A program made the translations under genes and the position numbers. A stretch of 32,000 nucleotides of DNA from Mycolicibacterium smegmatis (lineage in GTDB: Bacteria > Actinomycetota > Actinomycetes > Mycobacteriales > Mycobacteriaceae), in the NCBI RefSeq assembly GCF_001457595.1, contig NZ_LN831039.1, positions 1,080,001 through 1,112,000 on the forward strand, read 5' to 3'. A model generated the notes under the pieces. The model saw nothing but the letters and a program-made list of their open reading frames with translations. It did no database searches and was not told where the DNA came from. Numbering within the stretch: the stretch's first letter is position 1; every line of letters begins with the position of its first letter. This document shows positions 1-9,048 of this stretch, in pieces.

Positions 1-1332
1 CTGTTCATCTCGCTGGTGGGCTGCCTGACCCCGCGGATGATCGAGCACGTCCGCAGCCTGCGCGCCGTGCCGGTCGCCGCTCCGCGCAACCTGGGCCGTC
101 TGCCCAAGCACCACGAGGCGCAGGTGCAGGCCGATGCGGCCGAACTCGCCGAGTCCGTCACGCAGCGGTTGCGGGGCTGGCGCACCGTCACCCGCGAGAA
201 CGTCGGGGTCACCGAGATCTCCGCGGAGAAGGGCTATCTGCGCGAGTTCGGCAACATCGTCTTCCACTTCTCGCTGCTGGGCCTGCTCGTCGCGGTCGCC
301 GCGGGCAAGCTGTTCGGCTACGAGGGCAACGTGATCGTCATCGCCGACGGCGGTCCCGGTTTCTGCACGGCCTCACCCGCGGCGTTCGACTCGTTCCGTG
401 CGGGCAACACCGTCGACGGCACATCGCTGCACCCGATGTGCATCCGCGTCAACAACTTCGATGCGGACTACCTGCCGACCGGGCAGGCGCTGTCATTCGC
501 CGCCGACATCGACTACCAGGCCGGCGACGACCTGAGCACCGACACGTGGCGGCCGTACCGCCTCGAGGTCAACCATCCGCTGCGCGTCGGCGGGGACCGC
601 GTGTACCTGCAGGGCCGCGGCTATGCACCGTCGTTCACCGTCACGTTCCCCGACGGCCAGACCCGCAGCCAGACCATCCAGTGGCGCCCCGAGGAACAGA
701 TCACGTTCCTGTCCTCCGGCGTCGTGCGCATCGATCCGCCCGCGGGCACCTACCCGGATCCCGACGAACGCCGCAAGCACCAGATCGCGATCCAGGGCCT
801 GTTCGCGCCCACCAAACAGCTCGACGGCACGCTGCTGTCCTCGAGCTTCCCGGCGCTCAACGATCCGGCCGTCGCCGTGGACATCTACCGGGGCGACACC
901 GGCCTCGACACGGGGCGGCCACAGTCGCTGTTCTCGCTGGACCCGCGGCTGATCGGGCAGAAGCGGCTGACCAAGGTCGCGCGCGTGAACCTCGAAGAGG
1001 GACAGGAGACGCGCCTCGACGACGGCACCGTCGTGCGGTTCGACGGCGCGAAGCCGTTCGTCAACCTGCAGGTGTCCCACGATCCCGCCCAGGTGTGGGT
1101 GCTGGTGTTCGCGATGACGATGATGGCGGGACTGCTGGTGTCGCTCGTGGTGCGCAGGCGCCGGGTCTGGGTTCGGATCGAACCCGCAGGTGCGGGTACC
1201 GTGAGCGTCGAGTTCGGCGGGCTGGCCCGCACGGATAACTCCGGGTGGGGAGACGAGTTCGAGCGGTTGACCGAGCGGCTGTTGGAAGGCCGCACCGAGG
1301 CGACCGAATCGGCCGAAGAGAAGAAGGCGTGA
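1..1332 (+). CDS. resB: Cytochrome c biogenesis protein ResB/Ccs1 (5' end outside window)
   Basis: Frame 1 is open from base 1 (LFISLVGCLTPRMIEH...). There is a large soluble domain followed by a C-terminal TM helix (VWVLVFAMTMMAGLLVSLVV). The stop TGA (1330-1332) overlaps the ATG (1332-1334) of the next gene. The order resB then ccsA matches Mtb Rv0528-Rv0529 as I recall it. Confidence 0.85.
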   Translation: MFISLVGCLTPRMIEHVRSLRAVPVAAPRNLGRLPKHHEAQVQADAAELAESVTQRLRGWRTVTRENVGVTEISAEKGYLREFGNIVFHFSLLGLLVAVAAGKLFGYEGNVIVIADGGPGFCTASPAAFDSFRAGNTVDGTSLHPMCIRVNNFDADYLPTGQALSFAADIDYQAGDDLSTDTWRPYRLEVNHPLRVGGDRVYLQGRGYAPSFTVTFPDGQTRSQTIQWRPEEQITFLSSGVVRIDPPAGTYPDPDERRKHQIAIQGLFAPTKQLDGTLLSSSFPALNDPAVAVDIYRGDTGLDTGRPQSLFSLDPRLIGQKRLTKVARVNLEEGQETRLDDGTVVRFDGAKPFVNLQVSHDPAQVWVLVFAMTMMAGLLVSLVVRRRRVWVRIEPAGAGTVSVEFGGLARTDNSGWGDEFERLTERLLEGRTEATESAEEKKA

Positions 1333-2324
1333 TGAATACCGAGCACATCGATATCGGGCTGGCCCGGTACTCCGACTGGGCGTTCACGTCCTCGGTGCTG
1401 GTGCTGGTGGGTGCACTGCTGCTGCTCGCCGTCGAGATGGCGTACAGCCGCAGCCGCCGCGTCGAGTCCCGTGAGCTGGTCGGGGCGGGCGGGCCCTCGG
1501 TGGTCGGCGCCGACAGCGCGACCCCCGGCGTCGTCGTGGAGAGCCCCAAGCGGCCGTTCGACGAGCGGGTCGGCAAGACCGGTCTGGCACTGACCTACGT
1601 CGGTATCGGTCTGCTGCTGGTGTGCATCGTGCTGCGCGGCGTGTCCACCTCGCGCGTGCCGTGGGGCAACATGTACGAGTTCATCAACCTGACGTGCTTC
1701 TGCGGGCTGGTGGCCGCCGCGGTCGTGCTGCGCAGGCCGCAGTACCGCACGCTGTGGGTGTTCGTGCTCGTGCCGGTGCTGATCCTGTTGACCGTCTCGG
1801 GCCGCTGGCTCTACACCAACGCCGCCCCGGTGATGCCCGCGCTGCAGTCGTACTGGCTGCCCATCCACGTGTCGGTGGTGAGCCTGGGCTCGGGTGTGTT
1901 CCTGGTGGCGGGCGTCGCGAGCATCCTGTTCCTGCTGAAGATGTCGCCGCTGGGCCAACCGCAGGAGGGGCGTGACAGCGTGTGGGCGCGGATCATCGAC
2001 CGCGTGCCCGACGCGCAGACGCTGGACCGGATCGCCTACCGCACCACGATCTTCGCGTTCCCGGTGTTCGGCTTCGGCGTCATCTTCGGCGCGATCTGGG
2101 CCGAGGAGGCCTGGGGCCGCTACTGGGGCTGGGACCCCAAGGAGACCGTGTCGTTCATCGCGTGGGTCGTGTACGCGGCGTACCTGCACGCCCGCTCGAC
2201 CGCGGGGTGGCGTGACCGCAAGGCCGCCTGGATCAACGTCGTCGGTTTCGTCGCGATGGTCTTCAACCTGTTCTTCATCAACCTGGTCACCGTCGGCCTG
2301 CATTCGTACGCGGGAGTCGGCTGA
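1332..2324 (+). CDS. ccsA: Cytochrome c-type biogenesis protein CcsA/ResC (heme-handling, System II)
   Basis: Polytopic membrane protein with the Trp-rich heme-handling motif WGRYWGWDPKE and conserved His residues. I chose ATG 1332 (MNTEHIDIGL) over the longer ORF-track start 1245 because of its TGATG junction with resB. Confidence 0.9.
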   Translation: MNTEHIDIGLARYSDWAFTSSVLVLVGALLLLAVEMAYSRSRRVESRELVGAGGPSVVGADSATPGVVVESPKRPFDERVGKTGLALTYVGIGLLLVCIVLRGVSTSRVPWGNMYEFINLTCFCGLVAAAVVLRRPQYRTLWVFVLVPVLILLTVSGRWLYTNAAPVMPALQSYWLPIHVSVVSLGSGVFLVAGVASILFLLKMSPLGQPQEGRDSVWARIIDRVPDAQTLDRIAYRTTIFAFPVFGFGVIFGAIWAEEAWGRYWGWDPKETVSFIAWVVYAAYLHARSTAGWRDRKAAWINVVGFVAMVFNLFFINLVTVGLHSYAGVG

Positions 2325-2336
2325 CCGGCCACGTGA

Positions 2337-2354
2337 GCGCGCCCTGCGGCGCGC
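2337..2354 (+). terminator. Short GC hairpin after ccsA (possible I-shaped terminator)
   Basis: gcgcgcc-ctgc-ggcgcgc forms a perfect 7-bp stem with a 4-nt loop, 13 nt after the ccsA stop. There is no U-tract. Confidence 0.25.
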
Positions 2355-2402
2355 ACGCGCGCTATCGTCGGGCCCGGGAGTTGTCCGAGAAGAGGGGATT
2401 TC

Positions 2403-3731
2403 GTGTCCGCATCATCCGAACACCCGGTACCCGACTCGGTGGACGTGCCTGCGCCGGAGCATCCGGCGGCCGAGACACCCGAGGCGCCATCGGTTTTCGC
2501 GCCCGTCCCGGGTTTCCGCGGACAGCAGCGCTTCAGCGATCCCGCGCAGGCCGGTGTCAGCACACCGCTGCCCGCGGAGTGGACGGCGCCGACGCCTCCG
2601 CACGGCATCCCCGTGTCTGCGCCCCAGACGGCGCAGACACCGCCCCAGAACTCACACCAGCCGATGGCGTCCGGGCTGCCGCCGCTGCCACCGGCGCCGC
2701 TCACGCCGCCGGCCGCGGCGGCCGAACAGCCGCCCGCGGACTTCGCCACACCGTATGAGGACCTGACCACCACGGCGCTGCTCGGCCGGCGCAAGTCCCC
2801 GCCGACGGCGGGCTGGCGCCGCTGGTTGTATCTCGCGTCGTTCAAACAGGTCAACGTCGGTGAGAGCCCCAAGGTCACGCACCGCCAGAGCCTGGTCTCC
2901 CAGGTGAGCCACCCGCTGCAGGGCTGCTACCGCATCGCGGTGCTCTCGCTCAAGGGCGGTGTCGGCAAGACCACGATCACCGCGACGCTGGGGTCGACGT
3001 TCGCCTCGATCCGCGGGGACCGCGTCATCGCGGTCGACGCCAACCCCGACCGCGGCACGCTGAGCCAGAAGGTGCCGCTGGAAACCGCCGCGACCGTGCG
3101 CCACCTGCTCCGCGACGCCGAGGGCATTGAACGCTACAGCGACGTGCGCGCGTACACCTCGCAGGGCCCGAGCCGGCTGGAAGTGCTGGCGTCGGAAAGC
3201 GATCCGGCCGTGTCCGAGGCGTTCAGCTCCGAGGATTACCTGCGGACGCTCGAGGTGCTGGAGCGGTTCTACAGTCTCGTACTCACCGACTGCGGCACCG
3301 GGCTGATCCACTCGGCGATGTCGGCGGTGCTGTCCAAGGCCGACGTCCTCATCGTGGTCAGCTCGGGCTCGGTGGACGGTGCGCGCAGCGCCGCGGCCAC
3401 CCTGGACTGGCTCGACGCGCACGGCCATCAGGACCTGGTGCGCAATTCGGTCGCGGTGCTCAACGCGGTGCGCCCGCGGGCAGGCAAGGTGGACCTGTCG
3501 AAGGTCGTCGATCACTTTTCGCGGCGGTGCCGTGCGGTGCGGCTCGTGCCGTTCGATCCGCATCTGGAAGAGGGTGCCGAGATCAGCCTCGACCGGCTCA
3601 AGCCGAAGACACGCGAGGCTCTTCTGGAATTGGCGGCCGTGGTGGCCGGTGATTTCGGGTCCGACCGCACCGGCGCGCTCGGGGGAGCCGATTCGGCAGG
3701 GTCGCGTCGGATCGCCGATCCGCGCGTCTGA
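2403..3731 (+). CDS. MinD/ParA-family ATPase with Pro/Ala-rich N-terminal region (Rv0530-like)
   Basis: Deviant Walker A SLKGGVGKTTITATLG, followed by VIAVDANPDRGTL and LVLTDCGTG. The first ~130 residues are low-complexity P/A-rich. A GAGGGG Shine-Dalgarno sequence precedes GTG 2403. Confidence 0.85.
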   Translation: MSASSEHPVPDSVDVPAPEHPAAETPEAPSVFAPVPGFRGQQRFSDPAQAGVSTPLPAEWTAPTPPHGIPVSAPQTAQTPPQNSHQPMASGLPPLPPAPLTPPAAAAEQPPADFATPYEDLTTTALLGRRKSPPTAGWRRWLYLASFKQVNVGESPKVTHRQSLVSQVSHPLQGCYRIAVLSLKGGVGKTTITATLGSTFASIRGDRVIAVDANPDRGTLSQKVPLETAATVRHLLRDAEGIERYSDVRAYTSQGPSRLEVLASESDPAVSEAFSSEDYLRTLEVLERFYSLVLTDCGTGLIHSAMSAVLSKADVLIVVSSGSVDGARSAAATLDWLDAHGHQDLVRNSVAVLNAVRPRAGKVDLSKVVDHFSRRCRAVRLVPFDPHLEEGAEISLDRLKPKTREALLELAAVVAGDFGSDRTGALGGADSAGSRRIADPRV

Positions 3732-3748
3732 CACGCGGCCGATAACTG

Positions 3749-3913
3749 CTAGGGCCGGGGGTTGTTGTCTCCGTGTCCGAGTTTCCGGAGGAAATCCGGA
3801 TCGTCGTCTGGGCCGATGACCCGCGTGCGCGATTTTTCGCTCGCGGCACGCGAGAGTCGCCAACCCACGTAGACCAGGCCGGCCAAAATGCACAACAGGA
3901 GTAGGTACGCCAC
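3749..3913 (-). CDS. Small single-pass membrane protein (54 aa)
   Basis: GTG at 3913 is preceded by AAGGAGG at a 6-nt spacing. There is one TM helix (AYLLLLCILAGLVYVGW). Third-position GC looks coding-like. The longer ORF-track start (3991) would collide with the divergent gene. Confidence 0.55.
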   Translation of the reverse strand: MAYLLLLCILAGLVYVGWRLSRAASEKSRTRVIGPDDDPDFLRKLGHGDNNPRP

Positions 3914-3989
3914 TCGAAACCTCCTTGCTCCGAATATACGCGTCGTCGGTAGGCTCGGATGCGTGTCAGCAAGTCGTCCCGCATCCCGC

Positions 3990-4262
3990 ATGGTTGCCGA
4001 TGTGCTCGCATACGTCGCGGCCCGGCTGGTTCTCGTCGCGGTACTCGCCGCGGTGATCTACGTGGTGGGCCGGATGGTCGTCGGTGACTTCCCGATCGTG
4101 GTGGCTTTGCTGTTCTCGTTCGTGATCGCGCTGCCTCTGGGCATCTGGGTGTTCAAGCCGCTGCGTCTGCGTGCGACGGCCTCCATTGCGGAATTCGACG
4201 AGCGCCGGCGCAAGGACCGTGCGGATCTGCAGGCGCGGCTTCGTGGCGACGACCCCAAGTGA
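3990..4262 (+). CDS. DUF4229-like small membrane protein (Rv0531-like)
   Basis: Two TM helices (LVLVAVLAAVIYVVG, IVVALLFSFVIALPLGIWVF) and a basic C-terminal tail. ATG 3990 was chosen inside ORF 3888..4262. The stop overlaps the next gene's GTG/ATG (4259/4262). Confidence 0.7.
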   Translation: MVADVLAYVAARLVLVAVLAAVIYVVGRMVVGDFPIVVALLFSFVIALPLGIWVFKPLRLRATASIAEFDERRRKDRADLQARLRGDDPK

Positions 4263-5299
4263 TGCGGGCGGCTTTCGGCGCTGAATTCGTGGGCGCGGAG
4301 GGATTCCTGAACTCCGCGACCTACGGTCTGCCGCCGCAGTTCCTCGTCGACGCCCTGGACACCCACATCCGTCAGTGGCAGTCCGGAACGCTCGACGCCG
4401 CGTCGTTCGACGAACCGGTGCGCCGCGCGAGGGCTGGGTATGCGGCCCTGACCGGTGTGCCCACCGAATCGGTCGTCCTGGCGGGGTCCACCTCGGCCGC
4501 GTTGGGTCTGGTCGCTGCGTCCGTCCCCGACGGCAGCCGTGTCGCGGTCGTGACGGGTGAGTTCACCAGCACATCGTTCCCGTTCGCCGCGCAGGCCGGG
4601 CGCGGGGTCACCGTCACCGAGGTGGCGCCCGACCGGTTGCCCGACGCGGCCGCCGAGCACGACGTCGTGGTGGGCAGCCTCGTCCAGTCCGCCGACGGTG
4701 CTCTGCTGGACCTCGAGGGCGTGCGTGAGGCCGTGGCGGGCACCGAGACTCGCGTGGTGATCGATGTCACACAGGCCGCGGGCTGGAAGCGTCTCGACCT
4801 GGGCTGGGTCGACGTGACGGTGGCCTCGGGGTACAAGTGGCTGCTGGCACCGCGGGGCATCGCGTGGATGTCGTTGAGCGACAGGGTGGCTGCGCGCATG
4901 ACGCCGCACGCGGCGAACTGGTACGCGGGGGACCGACCGTGGGACTCGATCTACGGCCTGCCGTTGCGGTTGTCCGGCGAGGCGCGCCGCTTCGACGTGT
5001 CGCCTGCCTGGTTCGCGGCCCTCGGCGCCGGGCTCACCCTGCCGTGGCTGGCGTCGCTGGATCCGGTGGCCGTCGAGGCGCACGCGGTGGGCCTGGCGAA
5101 CCGCCTGCGCCACGAACTCGAACTGGCGCCGCAGGATTCGGCCATCGTGTCCATTCCGATCACCGGTGCCGAGGAACGTCTGCGGCAGGCCGGAATTCGC
5201 GCCGCGGTCCGCGCGGGCGCGGTGCGCGTGGGCTTCCACCTGTACAACACCGAGGACGATCTCGAGCGCCTGCTGCATGCCCTGGGGGATAACCGGTAG
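4259..5299 (+). CDS. Class V aminotransferase-fold PLP-dependent enzyme (cysteine desulfurase/kynureninase-like)
   Basis: PLP-lysine context ASGYKWLLAPRGIA is typical of class V fold. The N-terminal FLNSATYGLPP also fits. Length is 346 aa. Confidence 0.8.
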   Translation: MMRAAFGAEFVGAEGFLNSATYGLPPQFLVDALDTHIRQWQSGTLDAASFDEPVRRARAGYAALTGVPTESVVLAGSTSAALGLVAASVPDGSRVAVVTGEFTSTSFPFAAQAGRGVTVTEVAPDRLPDAAAEHDVVVGSLVQSADGALLDLEGVREAVAGTETRVVIDVTQAAGWKRLDLGWVDVTVASGYKWLLAPRGIAWMSLSDRVAARMTPHAANWYAGDRPWDSIYGLPLRLSGEARRFDVSPAWFAALGAGLTLPWLASLDPVAVEAHAVGLANRLRHELELAPQDSAIVSIPITGAEERLRQAGIRAAVRAGAVRVGFHLYNTEDDLERLLHALGDNR

Positions 5300-5397
5300 C
5301 CGGATTTGGCCGCCAGCGCCAACGATACTCACGCCCCGGCGAGCAAGGCTGGGTGTAGCACGAAATGTGCTAATTCAAAGGAGTTTTGGCCGAAAAA

Positions 5398-5645
5398 TGA
5401 GTATCAAAGTTCATGCATTGACACTGCTGGGCGCGGGTGCGGGAGCGCTTGCGGTCGGTCTGGCACCCGTGGCGCAGGCAGCGCCCACCGGACCGACCTG
5501 CACCGATCAGGGAAATTCGACGTTGTGCCAGTCCAACGGCAACGCGCAGGTGACGGCGAACCCGCCGGCAGTCGACTATCAGGCCCAGTACCCGTTCTTC
5601 GGCGGGTATGCGCTCCTTTTCCACCATGGCGGTGGCCACCGGTAG
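5398..5645 (+). CDS. Small secreted protein (82 aa) with Cys pair and His/Gly-rich C-terminus
   Basis: AAAGGAG Shine-Dalgarno sequence at 5377-5383. Signal peptide with AQA-AP cleavage site. Two Cys (PTCTDQGNSTLCQSNGNAQV). Ends in HHGGGHR. Confidence 0.7.
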
Positions 5646-5650
5646 AACAT

Positions 5651-5707
5651 CGAGCGTTGGCTTGTGTGCGAGATCTCTCGGAGAATTCGCACACCAGCCA
5701 ACGCTCG
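5651..5707. terminator. Long inverted repeat between convergent genes (candidate bidirectional terminator)
   Basis: cgagcgttggcttgtgtgcga (5651-5671) pairs with tcgcacaccagccaacgctcg (5687-5707). This is a 21-bp stem with one mismatch and a 15-nt loop. It lies exactly between the stops at 5645 (+) and 5722 (-). Confidence 0.55.
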
Positions 5708-5721
5708 GCGCCGTGGACCAT

Positions 5722-7353
5722 TCAGTCGTGGTGCAACGGGATTCGCGCCGTGATCGTGGTGCCGACCCCGGACGGGCTGGTGATGGTCAACTCGCCCGAC
5801 AGCGCCTCGACGCGGTCCTTGAGCCCGATCAGGCCCGACCCGCCGCCTGCCACCGCGCCGCCCACGCCGTCGTCGTCGATCATGAGGTCCAGGGTGTCGT
5901 CGCCCAGCGTGGCGGTGATGACGATGGCCTGGGCCTCGGCGTACTTCGCGGCGTTGGTCAGCGCCTCGGCGACGACGTAATACGCAGCGACGCCGACGGA
6001 TTCGGGCACCGGTTCGGGAAGATCAACCTCGAGGTCGACCGGCACGGGGCAGCGGCGGGCCAGCGCCCGCAGTGCGGGCCCCAGACCACCCTTGGACAGG
6101 ATCGCCGGGTGGATGCCGCGGGAGAACTCCTGCAGTTCGGTGGACAACGACGACAAACCGTCGACCACGCGGCTGATCTGCAGGCGCAGCTCGAGTTGAT
6201 CGTCGGGCACGGAAGCCTCGACGGCACGCAGTCCGAGCCCCAGCGAGATGACGCGCTGCTGTGCGCCGTCGTGCAGGTCGCGCTCGAACCGGCGCCGCGC
6301 CTGATCGGCCGCCGTGACGATCCTGGCGCGCGACGCGGTGAGGGCCGCGCGGGTCTCGGCGTTGGTGATCGCGGTGCCGACGAGATCCGCGAAGTCGCCC
6401 ACCCTGACCTCGGTGTCGGCAGGGAACTCGAACGGCTGCGACGAACCCACGAGCAGCACGCCGTACACCCGTCCGTCCACCAGGATCGGCGCGCCGACGG
6501 CCGAGCGGATCCCGACCTCGCGGATCCGTGCCGCTCCTGCGCCCCCGACGACGGCGTAGTCGTCGACCCGCGCGGGTGCGCCGGTGCGCGCGACGAGCGT
6601 GGTCACGGTGTCCCCGTCGAGCGGGATACGTTCGCCGACAGGGAATTTCGGTGCGCCTGTGGCGTCGCGTGATGCCAGCACGGTAGAGGTGCCGTCGCCG
6701 GGGAAGAGCAGCAGCGCCACGTGGTCCAGGCCGAAACCGGCCGCGAGTTCGTCGACCGCCGCGGGATAGACCTCCTCGGGCGGAGACCCGCGCGCCACCA
6801 GGGTCGCGACCCTGCGCAGCGCGGCCTGTTGTGCCGCCAGCTCACTGACCTCGGCGTGGCTGGCCTCGATCAGCTTCTGCGCTTCCTGTGCCGCCGCGGC
6901 CGCACGGTCGGCCTCGACGGTGCGTTGCTCGGCTTCGGCGGTCCGCAGCCGTGCCTGCCCGACGAGGATGTTGGCGAGCAGTGCCACCGGTATGAACACG
7001 GCGATCGACGCGATGTCCTCGGAGTAGATGGGCATCAGCGCGCCGTGGGTCTCCATGTGGAAGTGCACGTAGACCAGCGCCGAGAGAAGCGACGTCGCGA
7101 CCGACAGGCGCATGCCCCAGCCGGCCGACACCACGAGCACGCCGAGCAGGAACACCGTGCCGAACGTGCTCTCGGGGGCCACCTTCTGCATGAAGTGCAC
7201 CAGCAGGCTCTCGGCGGCGATACAACCGAGCGCCACCGCGATCCCGATCTTGAGCGGTGGCGCGGTGGGCCGCAGCACCAACCCAAGAAGGCGCGCACCT
7301 GCCGACTCGCGGCGGTGCTCAGAGGGTCGATCGGCTGCACCAGTCACATTCAC
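5722..7353 (-). CDS. Sensor histidine kinase, DUF4118-like TM domain + coiled coil + GAF + HisKA_3 + HATPase_c
   Basis: N-terminal 4-TM block, GAF-like middle region, H-box FERDLHDGAQQRVISL (HisKA_3 type), N-box YYVVAEALTNAAKYA, and G-box DDDGVGG...GSGLIGLKDRV. Confidence 0.9.
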   Translation of the reverse strand: MNVTGAADRPSEHRRESAGARLLGLVLRPTAPPLKIGIAVALGCIAAESLLVHFMQKVAPESTFGTVFLLGVLVVSAGWGMRLSVATSLLSALVYVHFHMETHGALMPIYSEDIASIAVFIPVALLANILVGQARLRTAEAEQRTVEADRAAAAAQEAQKLIEASHAEVSELAAQQAALRRVATLVARGSPPEEVYPAAVDELAAGFGLDHVALLLFPGDGTSTVLASRDATGAPKFPVGERIPLDGDTVTTLVARTGAPARVDDYAVVGGAGAARIREVGIRSAVGAPILVDGRVYGVLLVGSSQPFEFPADTEVRVGDFADLVGTAITNAETRAALTASRARIVTAADQARRRFERDLHDGAQQRVISLGLGLRAVEASVPDDQLELRLQISRVVDGLSSLSTELQEFSRGIHPAILSKGGLGPALRALARRCPVPVDLEVDLPEPVPESVGVAAYYVVAEALTNAAKYAEAQAIVITATLGDDTLDLMIDDDGVGGAVAGGGSGLIGLKDRVEALSGELTITSPSGVGTTITARIPLHHD

Positions 7354-7380
7354 CTAGACAGACGAACATGGCGTGATCCG

Positions 7381-7432
7381 GGTTCATGCCCGGTGACGCT
7401 CCTGGTCATGGTTCTGTCATACCTCGGTCATG
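7381..7432. repeat. Three GGT(T)CATG copies at about 22-23 bp phasing in the divergent HK/REC intergenic region
   Basis: ggttcatg 7381-7388, ggtcatg 7404-7410 and ggtcatg 7426-7432. A fourth ggtcatg lies at 7984-7990, 9 bp upstream of the TAXI gene start. Confidence 0.2.
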
Positions 7433-7519
7433 CCAGGGGTACCGGCAAATTCCCGCTAGCAGCAATGCACACCCCGACCGGTGACTGCCACCCTGGATGC
7501 ATGAGCGGTTTGCGGAGGC

Positions 7520-7882
7520 ATGATGCGTTGTCTCATCGTCGATGACAGTGCGAGTTTTCGCACGGCTGCCGCCACGATGCTCGACAGTGGCGGGGTCGAG
7601 GTCGTCGGCGTCGCCTCCAACAGTGCCGAGGCGATGGTGTTCTGTCGCGAACTGCAGCCCGACGTGGTCCTGGTTGACATCGCGCTGGGCGCAGAGAGCG
7701 GGTTCGAGCTCACCGAGAAACTGCTCGACGAACTCGGGCCGCGGCCACCCGCGGTGATCCTGATCTCGACGTACGACGAGCAGGACCTGTCGGAGATGAT
7801 CGCATCGAGCCCCGCTGTCGGATTCGTACCGAAGTTCGCGTTGTCGGTGCCCGCGATCCAGAACCTGCTCGCCACCATCTGA
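7520..7882 (+). CDS. Stand-alone receiver (REC-only) response regulator
   Basis: Acidic pocket VDDS, phospho-acceptor context VLVDIALG, ILIST and GFVPK motifs. At 120 aa there is no output domain. GGAGG lies at 7514-7518, so the second ATG at 7523 may be the true start. Confidence 0.85.
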   Translation: MMRCLIVDDSASFRTAAATMLDSGGVEVVGVASNSAEAMVFCRELQPDVVLVDIALGAESGFELTEKLLDELGPRPPAVILISTYDEQDLSEMIASSPAVGFVPKFALSVPAIQNLLATI

Positions 7883-7998
7883 CGCCTGTTCGTCGAATTC
7901 GGTTGGGTCACCGATCAATCTGTGTGTCGCGCGAGAAATGTGGTCCCGGAGTCCCCATTTCGTTCCGCGACGACGTCGATCGGGGTCATGATCGGCAG

Positions 7999-9048
7999 AT
8001 GGGATATCACGGTAGAGCAGCAGCCATCCGGAAGAAGTCGACGACGACGACCCTGCGCGCGGGAGCCGTGCTCGGGGTGATCCTGCTGGGACTGACCGGT
8101 TGTGGTGGTCAGCGCGGTGAGAGCGACGGCGCGGCCTCGGCCGAGCCGACCGGTTGCGAGATCACCTCCGACGCCCGCCTGAGCATCGCCACCGGCAACA
8201 CCACCGGGGTGTACTACACGCTGGGCGGTGCCCTGGCCGAGGCGATCAGTCAGCAGACCGACGGCAAGCTCAAGGCCACCGCTGCGGAGACATCGGCGTC
8301 GCTGCAGAACATCCAGCAACTCGTGGCGGGCACGCATCAGGTCGCGTTCTCCCTGGCCGACACCGCGGCCGACGCCGTCAACGGCACCGCGTCGTTCAGC
8401 GAGAAGCAGCCCATCGCGGCGCTGGCGCGGCTGTATCCCAACTACACGCAGGTCATCGCGCGCACCGACGCCGGGATCAACTCGGTCGCTGACATGCGCG
8501 GCAAACGCGTCTCGACGGGGGCGCCGAACTCGGGCACCGAGGTGATCGCCAACCGCATGCTCGAGGCCGCCGGTCTGGGCCCGGGCGACGTGCAGACGCA
8601 GCGCACCGAACTCGGCAAGACCGTGGAGGGTATGAAGGACGGTTCCATCGACGCCTTGTTCTGGTCGGGCGGTCTGCCCACCAGCGGCATCACCGATCTG
8701 ATCGTCAGCAGGCGTGATCAGGTGAAGTTCATCGACGTCACCGACACCCTCGACAAGCTCAAGGAGATCAACCCGATCTACGAGGCGGGGGTGATCCCGG
8801 CGAGCACCTACCAGACCCCTGCCGACGTGTCCACGGTCGTCGTGCCGAATGTGCTTCTGGTCAAGGACGATATGGACGGCAACACCGCGTGCGTGCTCAC
8901 CAAGACGCTCTTCGAGCGCAAGGACGATCTGGTGAAGGCCAACAAGGCGGCCGAGGACATCGAGCTTCAGGACGCGCGTGAGACCAGCCCCGTGCCGTTG
9001 CATCCCGGCGCCGCCAAGGCCCTCGACGAGCTGGGCGCGGCGAATTGA
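7999..9048 (+). CDS. TAXI-family TRAP transporter solute-binding lipoprotein
   Basis: Lipobox LTGC after a signal peptide. TAXI signature ATGNTTGVYYTLGGALAEAI. ATG 7999 was chosen inside ORF 7903..9048. Confidence 0.85.
   Translation: MGYHGRAAAIRKKSTTTTLRAGAVLGVILLGLTGCGGQRGESDGAASAEPTGCEITSDARLSIATGNTTGVYYTLGGALAEAISQQTDGKLKATAAETSASLQNIQQLVAGTHQVAFSLADTAADAVNGTASFSEKQPIAALARLYPNYTQVIARTDAGINSVADMRGKRVSTGAPNSGTEVIANRMLEAAGLGPGDVQTQRTELGKTVEGMKDGSIDALFWSGGLPTSGITDLIVSRRDQVKFIDVTDTLDKLKEINPIYEAGVIPASTYQTPADVSTVVVPNVLLVKDDMDGNTACVLTKTLFERKDDLVKANKAAEDIELQDARETSPVPLHPGAAKALDELGAAN

Noticed and set aside
885..2303. 472-aa minus-strand ORF antisense to resB/ccsA
   Set aside because: Arg/Pro/Gly/Asp-rich low-complexity translation typical of an antisense frame in high-GC DNA. 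The opposite strand has clear family motifs.
4058..5332. 424-aa minus-strand ORF antisense to the aminotransferase
   Set aside because: No motifs and Arg/Gly-rich composition. The plus strand has a PLP-lysine motif and coding-type codon bias.
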